In this document: piece after piece, positions 24,506 through 39,240 of the stretch
How positions within the stretch are numbered: position 1 is the first letter of the stretch
Layout: every line of letters begins with the position of its first letter
Assembly: GCF_009914755.1 (NCBI RefSeq)
Contig: NC_060948.1
Source: the human T2T-CHM13v2.0 reference genome, Homo sapiens
Strand: one strand, 5' to 3'
Length of the DNA: 64,000 nt
Position numbers and translations under genes: made by a program
Notes under the pieces: model-generated
What the model was told of the DNA's origin: nothing
Database searches by the model: none
Seen by the model: only the letters and a program-made list of their open reading frames with translations

Positions 24506-27500
24506 TCAGCTTCCGGGTGTGACTGGAACAGGGCTTGTTGTCCTCCTCAGAGTCACTTTGCAGGGTTTGTCCGGGCTCGGTTTTGCCTCCCAGGTTTCAG
24601 TGGCTGCAGGTTTCACACGGCTGTGGTGGATCCAGGCTGGGATTCCTTCTACCTTTACAGCCATGGAGGTGGTCAGGAAGATGGTCTGAGGTCCTTTCCA
24701 CCGTGGCCGCAAAGGGGCTACGTTCCAGTCCTTTATCCACACAAGACCACCTGGGGAGAAAGTATGAATTGGGGCGAATAAGCTGATGGGACACCTCTCA
24801 TTTACCCAAGTTGAGATTGTTTGTGTAATTTTTCCTAAAGCCTGTAGCTGTCGCTGTAATTCAATTCCACCTAACTCTCAGGGAGTGCCTGGAAGCTCCC
24901 ATAATATAGGAGGAGGCCTGTGATACAGTATATCATAAGGGGAGTATCCTGTTTTCTTAGAAGGAGTGCATCTAATTTTAAACAATACCATAGGAAGGGC
25001 CTGTATGCACTTTAATCCTGTTTCCTGACATACTTTCCCTATTTTTGATAGTATAATTCATTCGCTCCACCTTTCCGGAACTTTGAGGTCAGTAGGCGGC
25101 ATGTAGCTTCCAAGTGATTCCTAATGCCTTTGCTGTCTTCTGTACCAAGTCAGCCACAAATGCTGGCCCATTATCTGAGCCGATTCATAAGGGCAGTCCA
25201 AACCTAGGAATAAGATCTCAGAGAAGCACACGGGTTACCTCGTAGGCCTTTTCAGTTCGTGTTGGATAAGCCTCCACCCACCCAGAGTAAGTACACACAA
25301 GAACCAGCAAATACTTGTTACCTCCACATTTTGGCATTTCTGTGAACTCCACCTGAAGATCCTCAAAAGGAGCCACTCCATAAGCTTGTATGCCGGGCGG
25401 AACAGTGGGGCCTTGCCTATCAATGTGCTGTGGGCAAGTAACGCACCATTGTGCTACTGCTTTGGCAAGGGCTGGCAAGTGTGAGACGTAGAAGTACTGC
25501 CCTAACAATTTTTCAAGTGACTCTTGTGCTAGATGAGTGGTTTCATGCATGGCCAATACGATTGTGGCTCCCAGCAACTGAGGCACAGCTACCCTCCCAT
25601 CTGGCAGTCTGATCCATCCTCCTTTTTTTTACTTGCCCCCTTTCTGAGTGGAAGAAGTCTTTCTTCCTTAGAATAGGTAGGTACCAGGTCAGGTGTTTGA
25701 GGGAGTAAGGGGGTTGCTACCGATGCCCAGTAAGGGGTAGATGCTGCTTTTCAAGCTTCTGAGTCAGCTCGAGAGTTTCCTAAGGCCACTGAGGTGGAAG
25801 CTCGCTGGTGTCCCCTGCAGTGCATGACTGCCACCTTCTGAGGTTTCCACACTGCCTCTAATAATTGTAGAACTTCTTGTTGATATTTTATGTCCTTTCC
25901 CCTAGAGTTTAACAGGCCCTTTTACTTATATAATGCTCCATGCACTTGAAGGATTAGAAAGGCATATCAAGAGTCAGTGTAGATGTTTACAGTCTTACCT
26001 TCACTGAGTTCTAGAGCCCGAGTTAAAGCAATGAGCTCAGCCTTCTGGGCTGAAGTGCCCTGTGGCAATGGTTTGGCTTCAATGACAGCATCCAAAGTTA
26101 CCACCGCATATCCTGCACATCTTTCTCCATGTGGATTGATGAAGTTGCTCCCGTCCATGTATAACTCCCAGTCTGCTGATGCCCATGGCTGGTCCCGAAG
26201 GTCAGGTCTGCTAGGATAAACTGAGTCCAACACTTCTACACAGTTATGCTTGACCGGGCTCTCTGATACTGGGAGCAGGGTGGCGGGATTTAGGGTGTTA
26301 CGGACTTCAATGGTTATGCGGGGATTTTCACATAGCAAGCTTTGGTACTTGGTTAATCTAGCATTTGTTAGCCAATGATGTCCTTTGCTATTCATCAAAG
26401 TTACCACAGCATGGAGGGCCTTTATATTCAGGTTTTGCCCAAGGGTTAGTTTATCTGCTTCTTGTGCTCACAGGGCTGTTGCTGCCAGGGCCCTTAGACA
26501 TGGTGGCCAGACTTTGGAAACCTCATCTAGTTGTTTTGAGAGATAGGCCACTGGCCTTGGCTGGGGCCCCACAGTCTGGGTTAAAACTCCAACTGCCATT
26601 TTTTCTCTTTCTGACACATAGAGTGTAAAGGGCTTTGTCAAATCTGGTAGTCCTAGGACTGGGGCCGACATAAGTTTTTCCTTTAACTTACAAAAGGCTT
26701 GCTGTTGTAGAGGCCCCCATTCAAAAGGCTCCCGGTCGCCCCCATTTGTAACCCTGTAGAAAGGTTTGGCTAGTACTGCAAAGTTTGGAATCCATAATCT
26801 GCAAAACCCCACAGCTCCTAGGAATTCCCTTACTTGCCTTCTGGTTTTAGGTTCCAGTAGGCTGCAGATGACCTGCTTTCTTTCTGACCCCAGGCTGCAC
26901 TCCCCTTTCTGAACAGTAAATCCCAGGTAGCTTACCTGCTGTCTGCAGATCTGAGCTTTCTTCTTGGACACCTTATACCCACAGTCCTCCAGGTGCTGAA
27001 GCAGGGCATCCGTCCCTTTTGCACACCCAACTGCCATGGAGTGTCCCAGCAGAAGGTAGTCCACACACAGGAGCAAGACACAGCCTAGGTCTTTAGCAGG
27101 AAACTTTTGCAGGTCTTAAGCCAGGGCCTCCCCAAAGATAGTAGGGGAGATCTTGAACCCTTGGGGAAGCCAGGTCCAAGTGTACTGAGTAGTGACACCT
27201 GACTCCGGATCTTCCCACTGAAAGGCAAACAGCTTCTGGCTCTCAGGAGCTATTTTGATGCTAAAGATGGCATCTTTTAAGTCCAGACAGGTAAACCAGC
27301 TGTCCTCAGCCGGCAGCAGCCCTAACAATGTGTAAGGGTTAGGAACTGTTGGGTGCAGAGTCACTGTAGCTTGGTTGACCAAGCGCAAGTCCTGTACGGA
27401 TCGATAGTCCTTGGTCCCTTGGCTTAGGGACAGGGAGGAGGGGGTGTTCCATGGAGACTGGCAAGGAACTAGAATTCCAAACGCTTTCAAGCGCCTGAGA

Positions 27501-28471
27501 TGAACCTGGATTCCTTCGAGAGCTTCTCTGGGAACTGGATACTGCTTTTGTCTAATTGGTTGGGCCCCAGGCTTAACTTCTATGAGTACAGGGGCTTGGT
27601 TGACCACCAGTCCCAGAGGATTATCCTCTGCCCATACTTGGGGCCATCGCTTAGCTAGAGCTGGTTTTATCTCTTGGCCTGGCTCAGTTAGAAAAAGTCT
27701 CCATTCTTCTTCCTGGGGGACCATAAGGGCCATGATAACTCCTGTTCCTGGTAACTTTAGCTGTAAAGAGCCCTGTTTTGTAAAGGAGATGTTGGCTGTC
27801 AGCTTGCTAAGCAAGCCTTTTCCCAGCAAGGGCACGGGACAGTCAGGCATGTAAAAGAACTGGTGAACTATCTCAGGTCCCCGCACCGAGCAGGTCTGTG
27901 GTAGACAGAAAGTGTGCTTAGTGGAAACTCCTGTTGCTCCGATTATATCAATGATTTTCTTGGATAAGGGGGTGACTGGGGTGGTCACTACTGAATGTTC
28001 AGCACCGGTATCAACCAAAAATTTAATGTCCTTGCCCCCAGTTGTAATCCTGACCATGGGCTCTTTGGGGGCGCTTGAGCCCGGTCCCCTTCCATCCAGT
28101 AGCCCTTCAGCCAGATTGAACAAAGCTCCCTCATCTTTATCTGAGGTCTTTTGTTGTGAATCACCTTGCTTTTCCTTCAGTTGGGAACAATTATCTTTCC
28201 AATGTCCTATTTCCTTACAATAGGCGCACTGGTTACGTTGCAAGAGTGTGCCATTAGACTGGGTATTCTTCCTGGAACCCCCCTTTCCCTCTCCTTTCAG
28301 GGGAATTCCCCTAATGGCCGTGGCCAGTAAGTCGGCGTTTTGCCTGGCCTGGCGTTCGCCTTCCTTACAGCTTTCTCTGCGGCTTGTTGCATCTCTATTC
28401 ACAAACACTTGATTGGCTATTTCCAGTAACTGTGAGGTATTCATATCCACAAACCCAGCCTGTTTCTGCAA
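24506..28471 (-). pseudogene. HERV-E NC-protease-RT-RNaseH-integrase (fragmented)
   Basis: CAYCKEIGHWKDNC knuckle, LVDTGA protease, LPQGFK, degenerate CVDY (for YVDD), RNase H YMDGS/AELIAL, integrase HETTH/SGWVEAYP and GPQ C-terminus in successive ORFs. Confidence 0.92.
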
Positions 28472-29653
28472 TTTTCTCCTGATATCTTCTGTGCTTTGAC
28501 TAAGGCCGTGTTAATCATGCGCTGATTTTCAGGGTTATCTGGATCAAAACGAATGTACATATGGTAAGCCTCACACAGTCTTTCATAGAATTGCACTGCA
28601 CTTTCCTCTTTTCCTCGGTTGACCTTAGAGACCTTATTTACATTTGTAGCCTTTTGAGCCCCTTTCTTTAGACCTTCTATTAATGCCTCATGGTACCGTC
28701 TTAGCCTCTCCATGTCTGGTCCCTCATTCGGGTCCCATTAGGGGTCTGTTCCTGGCAGCTGAATTCTTATATATTCTTGGGGGTTTTGGTAATCGGCTGG
28801 GATGTGCTCCTCTAGCCACTTAGTTGCCGCCTGGAGTACCCTTCGCCTTTAATCTGTATTAAAGAGGTACATGAGCAGCTGGTGGCAATCAGCCCAAGTA
28901 GGATTATGAGTCTGTATAATAGTTTGGAGCAAGTCAATTAAAGCTTGAGGCTTTTCGGTATAAGATGGAGTATTATTTTTCCAATTGAGGAGGTCAGCAG
29001 GGGTGAAAGGTTGATACACAAAGGCACGCCTTTCCACCATGTGTCCCTCCTCATCTATCCCAGTATATCGCTGCTCTCTCAGGGGCATTTGGATTCCAGT
29101 CTTGGGCTGTAAGCGAGCTGCCATGGGAGGAGTTTCTCCCGCGGCTTCATTTCCTCTTTTGTCTACTCTGGGTGGTCTAGGGGTGTGGTTATCTGGTGGA
29201 GGTGTAGGTGCTGTGGGCTCAGGGGTGGGGAGCCCTTCCTCTCGATAAGGAGGGGGTACTGCTGGTACCAATTCCTGCCATGATTCTTCTAGTGTTGGGT
29301 CGGACAGGACTTCTGGTGCTGACTTCCCTCAGCAGGTGGAGCGTGAACCTTCCTTAACTAACTGCCCGTTTGCTACTAGTACTGCTGCTGCCTGTCCTCT
29401 TAACCACTGTCGGGGGTCCAAAACTAGCTGTAAGCAAGAATCTATATATGGGAACTTATCTGAGTGCCCTGACTTACAGGTTACCCTCTGCCATACCTTC
29501 AAGACAAGGGACCTGTCCAGGCTTCCTTCTGATGGCCAACCCACCTCTAAATTTTCCTGGTGTCATGTTGACTCCATAGTCTCCTTTAAATCCCTTTTTG
29601 AAATTTTTCAACATAGTTCCTAGTGGGGTGGGCTTACTTTGTGCCTGATCCAT
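28441..29653 (-). pseudogene. HERV-E gag (fragmented MA/p12/CA)
   Basis: Begins MDQAQSKPTPLGTMLKNFKKGF, PPPY late domain, YQPFTPADLLNWK, major-homology-like FYERLCEAY. Several frameshifts and stops. Confidence 0.88.
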
Positions 29654-30753
29654 GTTTTCTCAAGACAAAACACCACGCTCACACTACACGCACACCACAA
29701 AACAAAGAACAGGTAAAAAGGGCACACACACACTTTTACAGTTTACACCAAACCAGAATCAAAACCAAAATCAGAGTATCAAGAAATCCAAGCCAGGTCA
29801 AAACCAAAACCAAAGTATCAAGCAATCCAAGTCAAGTCAAAAACAAAAAACCAAAGTGCTGGCGGGGGCACGCTGTGGGTGATCAGGCCACATTTCCACT
29901 AAAATGGGGTAGGCAAGTTCCAAAGACTAGTGTTACCAAGTTTCAGATGTCTAGACTCCAAGTGCCAGTTCCTTCCCAGTGTTCAGCCACTGCATTGATC
30001 CTCCATGGGGGCCTGCCACATGCTGCTCTGGCGAGGCATTCCACCAGGGCAATTGCCTACCCGGGAGCGCTCTCAGGATCTGTGTTGCTCAAGCTGGCTG
30101 GAGTCCCCGGCAGGGATGCTCCACAGGGCAGGCCTAAGCCACCTAAGGGGCTGCCTTGACCATCCATTAATCACCTCACTTCCCAGTCAGGGAACCAAGA
30201 AATGTAGCAGGACAAGCCGCAGACAAAACCCCTCAGACATCGAGTTAAAGAAGGAAACAGTTTATTCGGCCAGGAGCATCAGCAAGACTTCTGTCTCAAG
30301 AGCCGAGCTCCCCAAGTGAGCAATTCCTGTCCCTTTTAAGGGCTCACAACTCTAACGGGGTACATGTGAGAGGGTCATGATCAATTGAGCAAGCAGGGAG
30401 TACGTGACTGGGGGCTGCATGCACCAGTAATTAGCAGTTGCAAGGGATTTCAGGCTTAAACACTTATGTTTATGTAATCAAAAGGTACAGTTAACTGACA
30501 AAAGTGCTAGTGTATATCTTGACAACCTACAGAAATATTTGCAAATATCTTTCTCTATACAATGGACAATTAGTAAAGTAAGCTTAGATATTTAAGCCGA
30601 TGAATTATTAATATTTGTCTTCTAATCCATAAACATGGAGTGTCTTTACATTTACTTAGGGTTTCTTGAATTTATTTCAGCAATATTTTGTAATTTTCCA
30701 TGTCTAAGTCTTGAATATTGGTTAAATTTATTCTTAAAACATTATTACTGTTG

Positions 30754-30916
30754 ATTTTTTTTTGTTTTTTTGAGACAGGGCCTTATTCTGTTGCCCAGGT
30801 AGGGTGTGGTAGGGTGATCATAGCTCACTGCAGCTTCAAACTCCTTGGCTCCAGTAATCCTCCCACCTTGGCCTCCCAAAGTACTGGGGTTAAAGATATA
30901 AGCCACCACACCCAGC
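30754..30916 (-). mobile_element. Alu monomer/partial AluJ
   Basis: Antisense Alu-like monomer with poly-T. Confidence 0.8.
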
Positions 30917-30917
30917 C

Positions 30918-32490
<1,573 letters not shown>

Positions 32491-32499
32491 TGTTAGTTT

Positions 32500-33062
32500 T
32501 CAGAAATGAAATTGTTGTCTTAATTTCATTTTCATATCATTTATTGCTAGTATACAGAAATATATTTTTGTGTATTAATATTTTGTCCTGTAACTTTGCT
32601 TAATTTCTTTACTAGTTTTAACAATTTCTTGTTGGTTCCTTATGATTTTCTGTGTATGAGATCATGGGATCTGTGAGTAGGTAGTTTTACTTTTTTCTTT
32701 CACATATGAATGACTTTGTATATATATATATATTTTTTTTTTTTCTAATTGTTCTGGATGGAACTTCTAGTACAGTGTTGAACACAATGATGAAAGTGAG
32801 CATCAGTGCTGTGTTCCTGATCTTAAAGCTTTGGGTGCCAACAATTCAGGTGGTGATTGTTATGGGTTTTGCATAAAGGTGTTTTATCATGTGAAGAAAA
32901 TTCGAATCTTCAGCTTATTGGTGGTTTTTATCATTAAATACGTTGATTATCTTTAAGTACTTTCTGTAACAGTTGAGATAAACGTGTTTTTCCCATCATT
33001 TTAATTATATAGTATACGGAAAAGGAATGGCTTTAGTATGTTGAAAAACCTTTGATTTTCTG

Positions 33063-33096
<34 letters not shown>

Positions 33097-33230
33097 CTTC
33101 ATTGTGGTGTATAATGTTTTCGCTATGTACCAAATTCCACTTACTATGATTTGGTTAAACATTATTAAGTCTATCATTATGAGTTTTATTAACATTTAGT
33201 TTTTTTGTCCTGGTGATATCATATGTTTGA
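32500..33230 (-). mobile_element. Old L1M ORF2 fragment
   Basis: Antisense L1 motifs (gaacttctagtacagtgttgaa, ttgttcctgatctta-like). Confidence 0.65.
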
Positions 33231-33239
33231 GTCAGTACT

Positions 33240-34003
33240 CGATTGGGGTTAGAAAAAGGTATGGCTTGGTGTACTATTTAGGGTATTAGTGGTTAGCAGT
33301 TAGAGGGTTAGAGGTTATACCAAAAAAAAAAAAAACCCAGAATTTTTGAAGGATTATGGGCTAAGGTTAAGTGTAGGATAGACGTTGGGGATTAGGGTTA
33401 AGGAGTTAGAATGTCAGAGCAAAGATTAGGCTTAGGGTGAGGGTTAGAATTAGAGATTATGGTTAGGGTTAGGGTTAGGGTTAAAGTTAGGGGTCAGGGT
33501 TGTGAAAGGAAAATATCTTGGGCCCCAAAATTACTAAGCTAAGGGATAAGTCAAGCTCGGAACTGCTCAGGACAAACCTGCCTCCCATTCTTTTCAAAGT
33601 CATCCCTCTGCTAACTGAGGTAGATGAATATTCTGATTGTCTCCTTTGGAAAGGCTTATCAGAAACTCAACAGAATGCAACCATTTTTCTCTCACCTACC
33701 TGTGACCTAGAAGCCCCTCCCTGCTTCAAGTTGTCCCTGCCTTTCCAGACGGAACCACTGTACTTCCTACATATATTGAATGATGTCTCTTGTCTCCCTA
33801 AAATGTATAAAACCAAGCTGTGCCCTGACCACCTTCAGCACATGTCATCAGGACTTTCTGAGGCTGTGTCAGGGGCCTGCATCCTCTACCTTGGCAAAAT
33901 AAAATTTCTAAATTAACTGAGACCTGTCTCAGATTTTCTGGGTTTACAGGGTTTAGGGTTGGGATTTGGTTAGGTATTAGAGTTAGGGTTAGGGTTAGGG
34001 TTA
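33240..34003 (+). repeat. Second degenerate telomere-like array, split by an LTR
   Basis: Runs of perfect ttaggg at 33462-33480 and 33982-34000 within degenerate hexamers. Confidence 0.85.
33501..33948 (+). mobile_element. MER4-family solo LTR
   Basis: tgtgaaaggaaaatatcttggggcccc...gggtttaca, exact TSD gggt at 33497-33500 and 33949-33952. Confidence 0.85.
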
Positions 34004-35956
34004 TAAGAACCCCTAAGGGCTTCATATAAAGGTTTTACAATTAATCTGAAAGAAAGAATCCATATTCTGCAAAACTTGGCCCTACCCAAAAAGGACTCAA
34101 GCTGTTATTTATTTACTGGAGTTGTCATGTGTAAAATAAGATCTTTACAAGTGCTAGAGAGGCTCTCTGTACCAGGGGTTAAAATACCCCCAAATTGAAC
34201 CCTTTATGTGCATATTTGTTCCTTAGAAGGAGATACTTCATATCCACAATCAGCAATTTTATTCAGTACTCGTACTGTATTTTGCTCTAAAACAGCCTTG
34301 TTAGGACTACAGATTAGCAGGTCACCCACATACTGGAGTAGATTGCTATCTGGGAGAAGCTGCAGGGTGGACAGGTCTTTAGCTAAGTCCTGTCCAAAAC
34401 AGTGGAGGCTATCTCTGAATTCCTAGGACAGAATAGTGCAAGTTAACTATTAAGTTATTTGAGTATCTAGGTCTTGCTATTCAAAAGCAAACAAAAATTG
34501 GCTATCTTGTGTACGGAATGCAGAAAAAGGCATCCTTAAGATCAAGTACAGTAAACCAAGCTGCAGTGGAGGAAATTTGTCCAAAAGAGACTAAGGGTTT
34601 GTGACAATAGGATGAATAGGAATAACAGCTTCATTAATAATTCTAAGGTCCTGTACTAGCTGGTAGGAGCCATCTGGTTTTTTTGCAGCAAAAATGGGAG
34701 TGCTGCAATGCAAGTTGCAAGGGCACAATAATCCATGGGTTAAACATTTTGTTATTAGGGGCTTTAACACTTTTTGGGCTTCTGGTTTCAAGGGGTATTG
34801 GCGGTTCTTGGGAACTTACTGGGATTTTTAAGCTGAATGATGATGGGAGCAGCTGATATTGAATGGCCAGAAATAGAAGTATTCCAGACCTCAAACGGCA
34901 CTTGTTTTAGAATGTGAGGTTCTATAGACTGTAGCAGCTCTTTTAGTGAAGTGTGAGTTCATACAGTTAGAAAGTGGGGCCTTAGCTATAAATTGTCTTG
35001 TAATTTTGTGAGTAAGTCATGACCTAATAATGGAACAGGAGAGCTTGGCATGACTAAAAAGGAGTGGCTAAAGACATAACCTTCCCTTTTACAAGAGACT
35101 GGTGGTGTGAAACAGCCTCATTGGGGTTTTCCATCAATACCTGATATAGTTTAGTCTCTGTGTCCCCACCCAAATCTCATGTCCAATTGTAATCCCCACA
35201 TGTCAGGGGAGGGACCTAGTGAGGTGATTGGATCATGGGGGTGGATTTCCCCCATGTTTTTCTCATGATAATAAGTTCTCATGAGATCTGATGGCTTAAA
35301 AGTGTGGCACTTCCCTGTTCACTCTGTCTCTCTCCTGCCACCATGTAAGATGCCTTCTGCCATAATTGTAAGTTTCCTGAGATTTCCCCAGCCATGCACA
35401 ACTGTGAGCCAATTAAGCCTCTTTTCTTTATAAATTACCCAGCCTCAGGTAGTTCCTTATAGCAGCATGAAAATGAACTAATACAGAAATTTGGTACCAG
35501 GAAAGTGGGGCACTGCTATAAAGATACCAGAAAATGTGGAAGTGACTTTGGGACTGGGTAACAGGCAGAGGTTGGAACAGTTTAGAGGGCTGAGAAGAGT
35601 ACAGTAAGATGTGGGAATGTTTGGAACTTTAGAGACTTGTTGAATGGTTTTGACCAAAATGCTGATAGTGATATGGACAGTGAAGTTCAGGCTGACGTGG
35701 TCTCAGATGGAGATGACAAACTTATTGAGAACTGGAGCAAAGGTCATTCTTGCTATGCTTTAGCAAGAAGACTGGCAGCATTATGCCCCTGCTCTAAGGG
35801 ATCCATGGAGCTTTCAACTTGAGAGACATGATTTAGGGTATCTGGTGGAAGAAATTTCTAAGCAGCAAAGCATTCAAGATGTTGCCTGGCTGCTACCAAT
35901 GGCATACAGTCATATGCATTCACAAAGAGATGGTCTGAAATGGGAACTTATGTTTA

Positions 35957-36459
<503 letters not shown>

Positions 36460-38029
36460 TCACAGGCCCAGAGGCCGAGGAAGAAAAAATGGTTCCATGG
36501 GTTGGGCCTAGGGCCCTGCTGGTCTGTGCAGCTTTGAGGCATGGTACCCTGCATCCCAGCTGCTCCAGCTTCAGCTGTGGCTAAAACGGACCAAGGTACA
36601 GCTTAGGCCATTGCTTCAGAGGTGAAAGCCCCAAGTCTTGGTGGCTTCCACATGGTATTGGGCATGCAGGTATGCAGAAGGCAAGAGTTAAGGCTTGGAA
36701 GCCTCCACCTAGATTTCAGAGGATATATGGAAACACCTGGACGTCCAGGCATAAATCTGCTGCAGGGGCAGATGTTGGGGTGATCAGACCCAACACCAGG
36801 TCATGGGGGTGACGAAGTCTGGTGGAGTCAAAGGAATGAGAAAAGACAGTTAGAGAGAGAAACTGGGTCCAGGGGGCCAATGTGAGTATGGAGGCTGTGA
36901 AGGCCCTGAGCTCTGGAAGCCCAGACTATTTATTGGTGATCAAAGAAACAGGTGGTGAGAATGTGGGGTTGAAAGGGCGCATTGCATTAAGCACAAGATT
37001 TACAGCTGTAATGGTTTAGAATATGCTCTGCTACTTGAGATAATGGAGAGCAGGTTCTTTTAACTCAAGATACAATCAATCCTGGGAGAGCAAGGAGCAA
37101 GGAGCCAGCAAGTCTAGACACATTTCAGAGACCATGAGGGGTTTTATGCTCTGAGCCCTGGATTCTATCCAAGCCATGAGGGGTTTTGTGCTCTGAGCCC
37201 TGGATTCTATCCAAGCCATGAGGGGTTTTATGCCCTGGGCTTAGATTATGGTGCATCAGGGTAGCCTTCCACCTTTTAGCACAGAGCTTGGTGTTCCAAA
37301 GGCCATGAGGGGTTTTAGACCCTGGACCTTGGACATGTTCCAAGACTCTTTTACATCATTTCAGACTTGCAAGCCCTGCCTCTGTTTCTCCCAACACTCA
37401 GCTTCTCCCAACATGCCCCCCTTTTCTTTTTTGTAAAACCGCCACAGCTCTCATTGCTTGTTCTTGGTGGCAGCTTTCTCTTCAGAGGTGGCTTCCTCTT
37501 CAGAGGCAGCTTCCACATCTGCAGACTAAAAGGAGACAGCACAAGCACACAACCACCAGAACAAAATCCACAAATGTAGAGCCTCCAATGGCCTTCAACT
37601 GTAAATCTTTTGGAATGGGATAAGAGTTTTTAAGGATCTCAGTTACAATATAAATAGAGGGTGATGTCTCCCATGGTCTATTTAGTGACACAGGGATCCA
37701 AACTCCTTCCCTGGCTTTAATTATCAAGATAATTTGATTTTTATCAAAGGTTGAATTAATGCAGGTAAACAAGCAACATTCAGAGCATGTAATAAAACGT
37801 GTATTTATATCAAGAGTAACATTTCCTATTGCTAGCACAACCTTGAATCCAAAAGGTCCTGTCGGAGAGAAAAGAAAGAGCATGTTTATCCTTCCTTGCC
37901 TCCTCCTCTCTATTCCTTTTATATTTGCCCTCTCAGATTTTGATTGGACTTTGAGCCATAGCTAATTTCCATAATTCAGAATGTTCCTGTCTGTCCCTGC
38001 AAATCTCTGCTAGTCTTCACTACTCTCTA

Positions 38030-38352
38030 CTTTTGTACCTCTTTAAGGCACTGACCAGTACCTCTTTAGGGCACTGACCTTATATTGCTAGTCTTTGCTT
38101 TTGTACCTCTTTAGGGCACAGACCAGTACCTCTTTAGGGCACTGACCTTATATTACTAGTCTTTACTTTTGTACCTCTTTAGGGCACTGATCAGTACCTC
38201 TTTAGGGCACTGACCTTATATTGCTAGCCTTCATCTATCTCTATCTGTCCCTGTCTGTCCCTATGGTACCTGTTAGTTCCTGCAAGTTCCTGTCTTTCCC
38301 TACTTAGCTGTACTTACTTAGCTGTACTTACTTAGCTCTACTTACTTAGCTC
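38030..38352. repeat. Internal tandem repeats of the provirus (~68-bp unit x3, then short tacttagc units)
   Basis: tttgtacctctttagggcactgaccagtacctctttagggcactgaccttatattgctag repeated three times with few changes. Confidence 0.8.
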
Positions 38353-38356
38353 TATC

Positions 38357-39240
38357 TCTTCCTGGAAACCTTTTTTATGACCCTGGATAGAGCTCAGAAA
38401 TCCACCCTTTAAGCTTCAGCAAGAGATAAAACAGGGACTCTGGACCCGGCACCAGATTGAAAGGAACAGGAAGTGCTCTCCCCTCCCCAAAGCAGGAAAA
38501 CCAGAGTTTGGCCCTTGCAAATTTCCACTCCACATCAGCGTCATCCTCAATTTCCTGGAGTGAACTGTTGATCATTGCAATTAACATATTTAGCAAAACA
38601 ATGACCATTGTAACATCATAGACTCCATAAAGAACATAACCAATGTTTTCAATGAATTTGTGGCTATAGTTGATGACCACTGATTTCACTGCAGAAAGCA
38701 CAAATGTAGCCCAGAACAGTGTCTTAAAACTCTCTTCAACTGTTGTGAAGGCTTCATTTTGTTTTACATCAATGTAGTAGGAGTAGAGGTTGAACATTCC
38801 AATCATAAAGGCCACAAACACCATAATGAATATGAGCATGAACCTGAAGATGTCTTTGACTGCTCCTCCAAGCGACGTCTGCAGAGGTCCAAAGCTTTCA
38901 TTTGCTGGCAAAATACAAGCTATCCCAGAGAAACTCAAAACCACAGCAACTGCACAAAGACCTTCAGACACCATACGAGGATCCGAGGGGTCCCACTCCC
39001 TCCTGGCCAAACTGTAGTATTTCACATTATCTCCCAATGTTACTTTTGTCAAGTCCTTCAAAGTATCACTTGCATCAGTGATGCTCTGGGCTTTGGAAGC
39101 ATGCCAGAATGCCCTGAATCTTGCAATGAATGATGCTGATAAAATTGCTAACATACCAAAATCAAGCATGTTCCACAACTCAAACAAATATTCCTTGGGG
39201 CCTTGAGTCCAAATTTCTTTACATTCAGCCCATATCATGC
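38357..39240 (-). pseudogene. TRPC6P: TRPC6 mRNA-derived fragment (S2/S3-S6, pore loop, TRP box)
   Basis: ORF 38375-39289 contains [27 protein letters not shown], pore [15 protein letters not shown] and TRP box EWKFAR. Intronless across a multi-exon region. Confidence 0.95.

Larger units (their letters stand above)
21937..30434 (-). mobile_element. HERV-E provirus (LTR2), defective, 5' LTR truncated
   Basis: 3' LTR at 21937-22397 starts TAAGGGAGGAGACCACCCC with PPT at 22398-22410. Partial 5' LTR at 30203-30434. tRNA-Glu PBS TGGTTCCCTGACTGGGAA at ~30180-30197. gag, pol and env homology in order. Confidence 0.92.

Noticed and set aside
21937-30434. Replication-competent HERV-E or a syncytin-like env
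   Set aside because: gag, pol and env are each split by stops or frameshifts, Gag Gly2 is replaced by Asp, and the RT YVDD motif is mutated.
38030-38230. Repeat-spacer-like pattern reminiscent of a CRISPR array
   Set aside because: The spacers are themselves repeated, it lies inside a primate provirus, and there are no cas genes. It is a simple tandem repeat.
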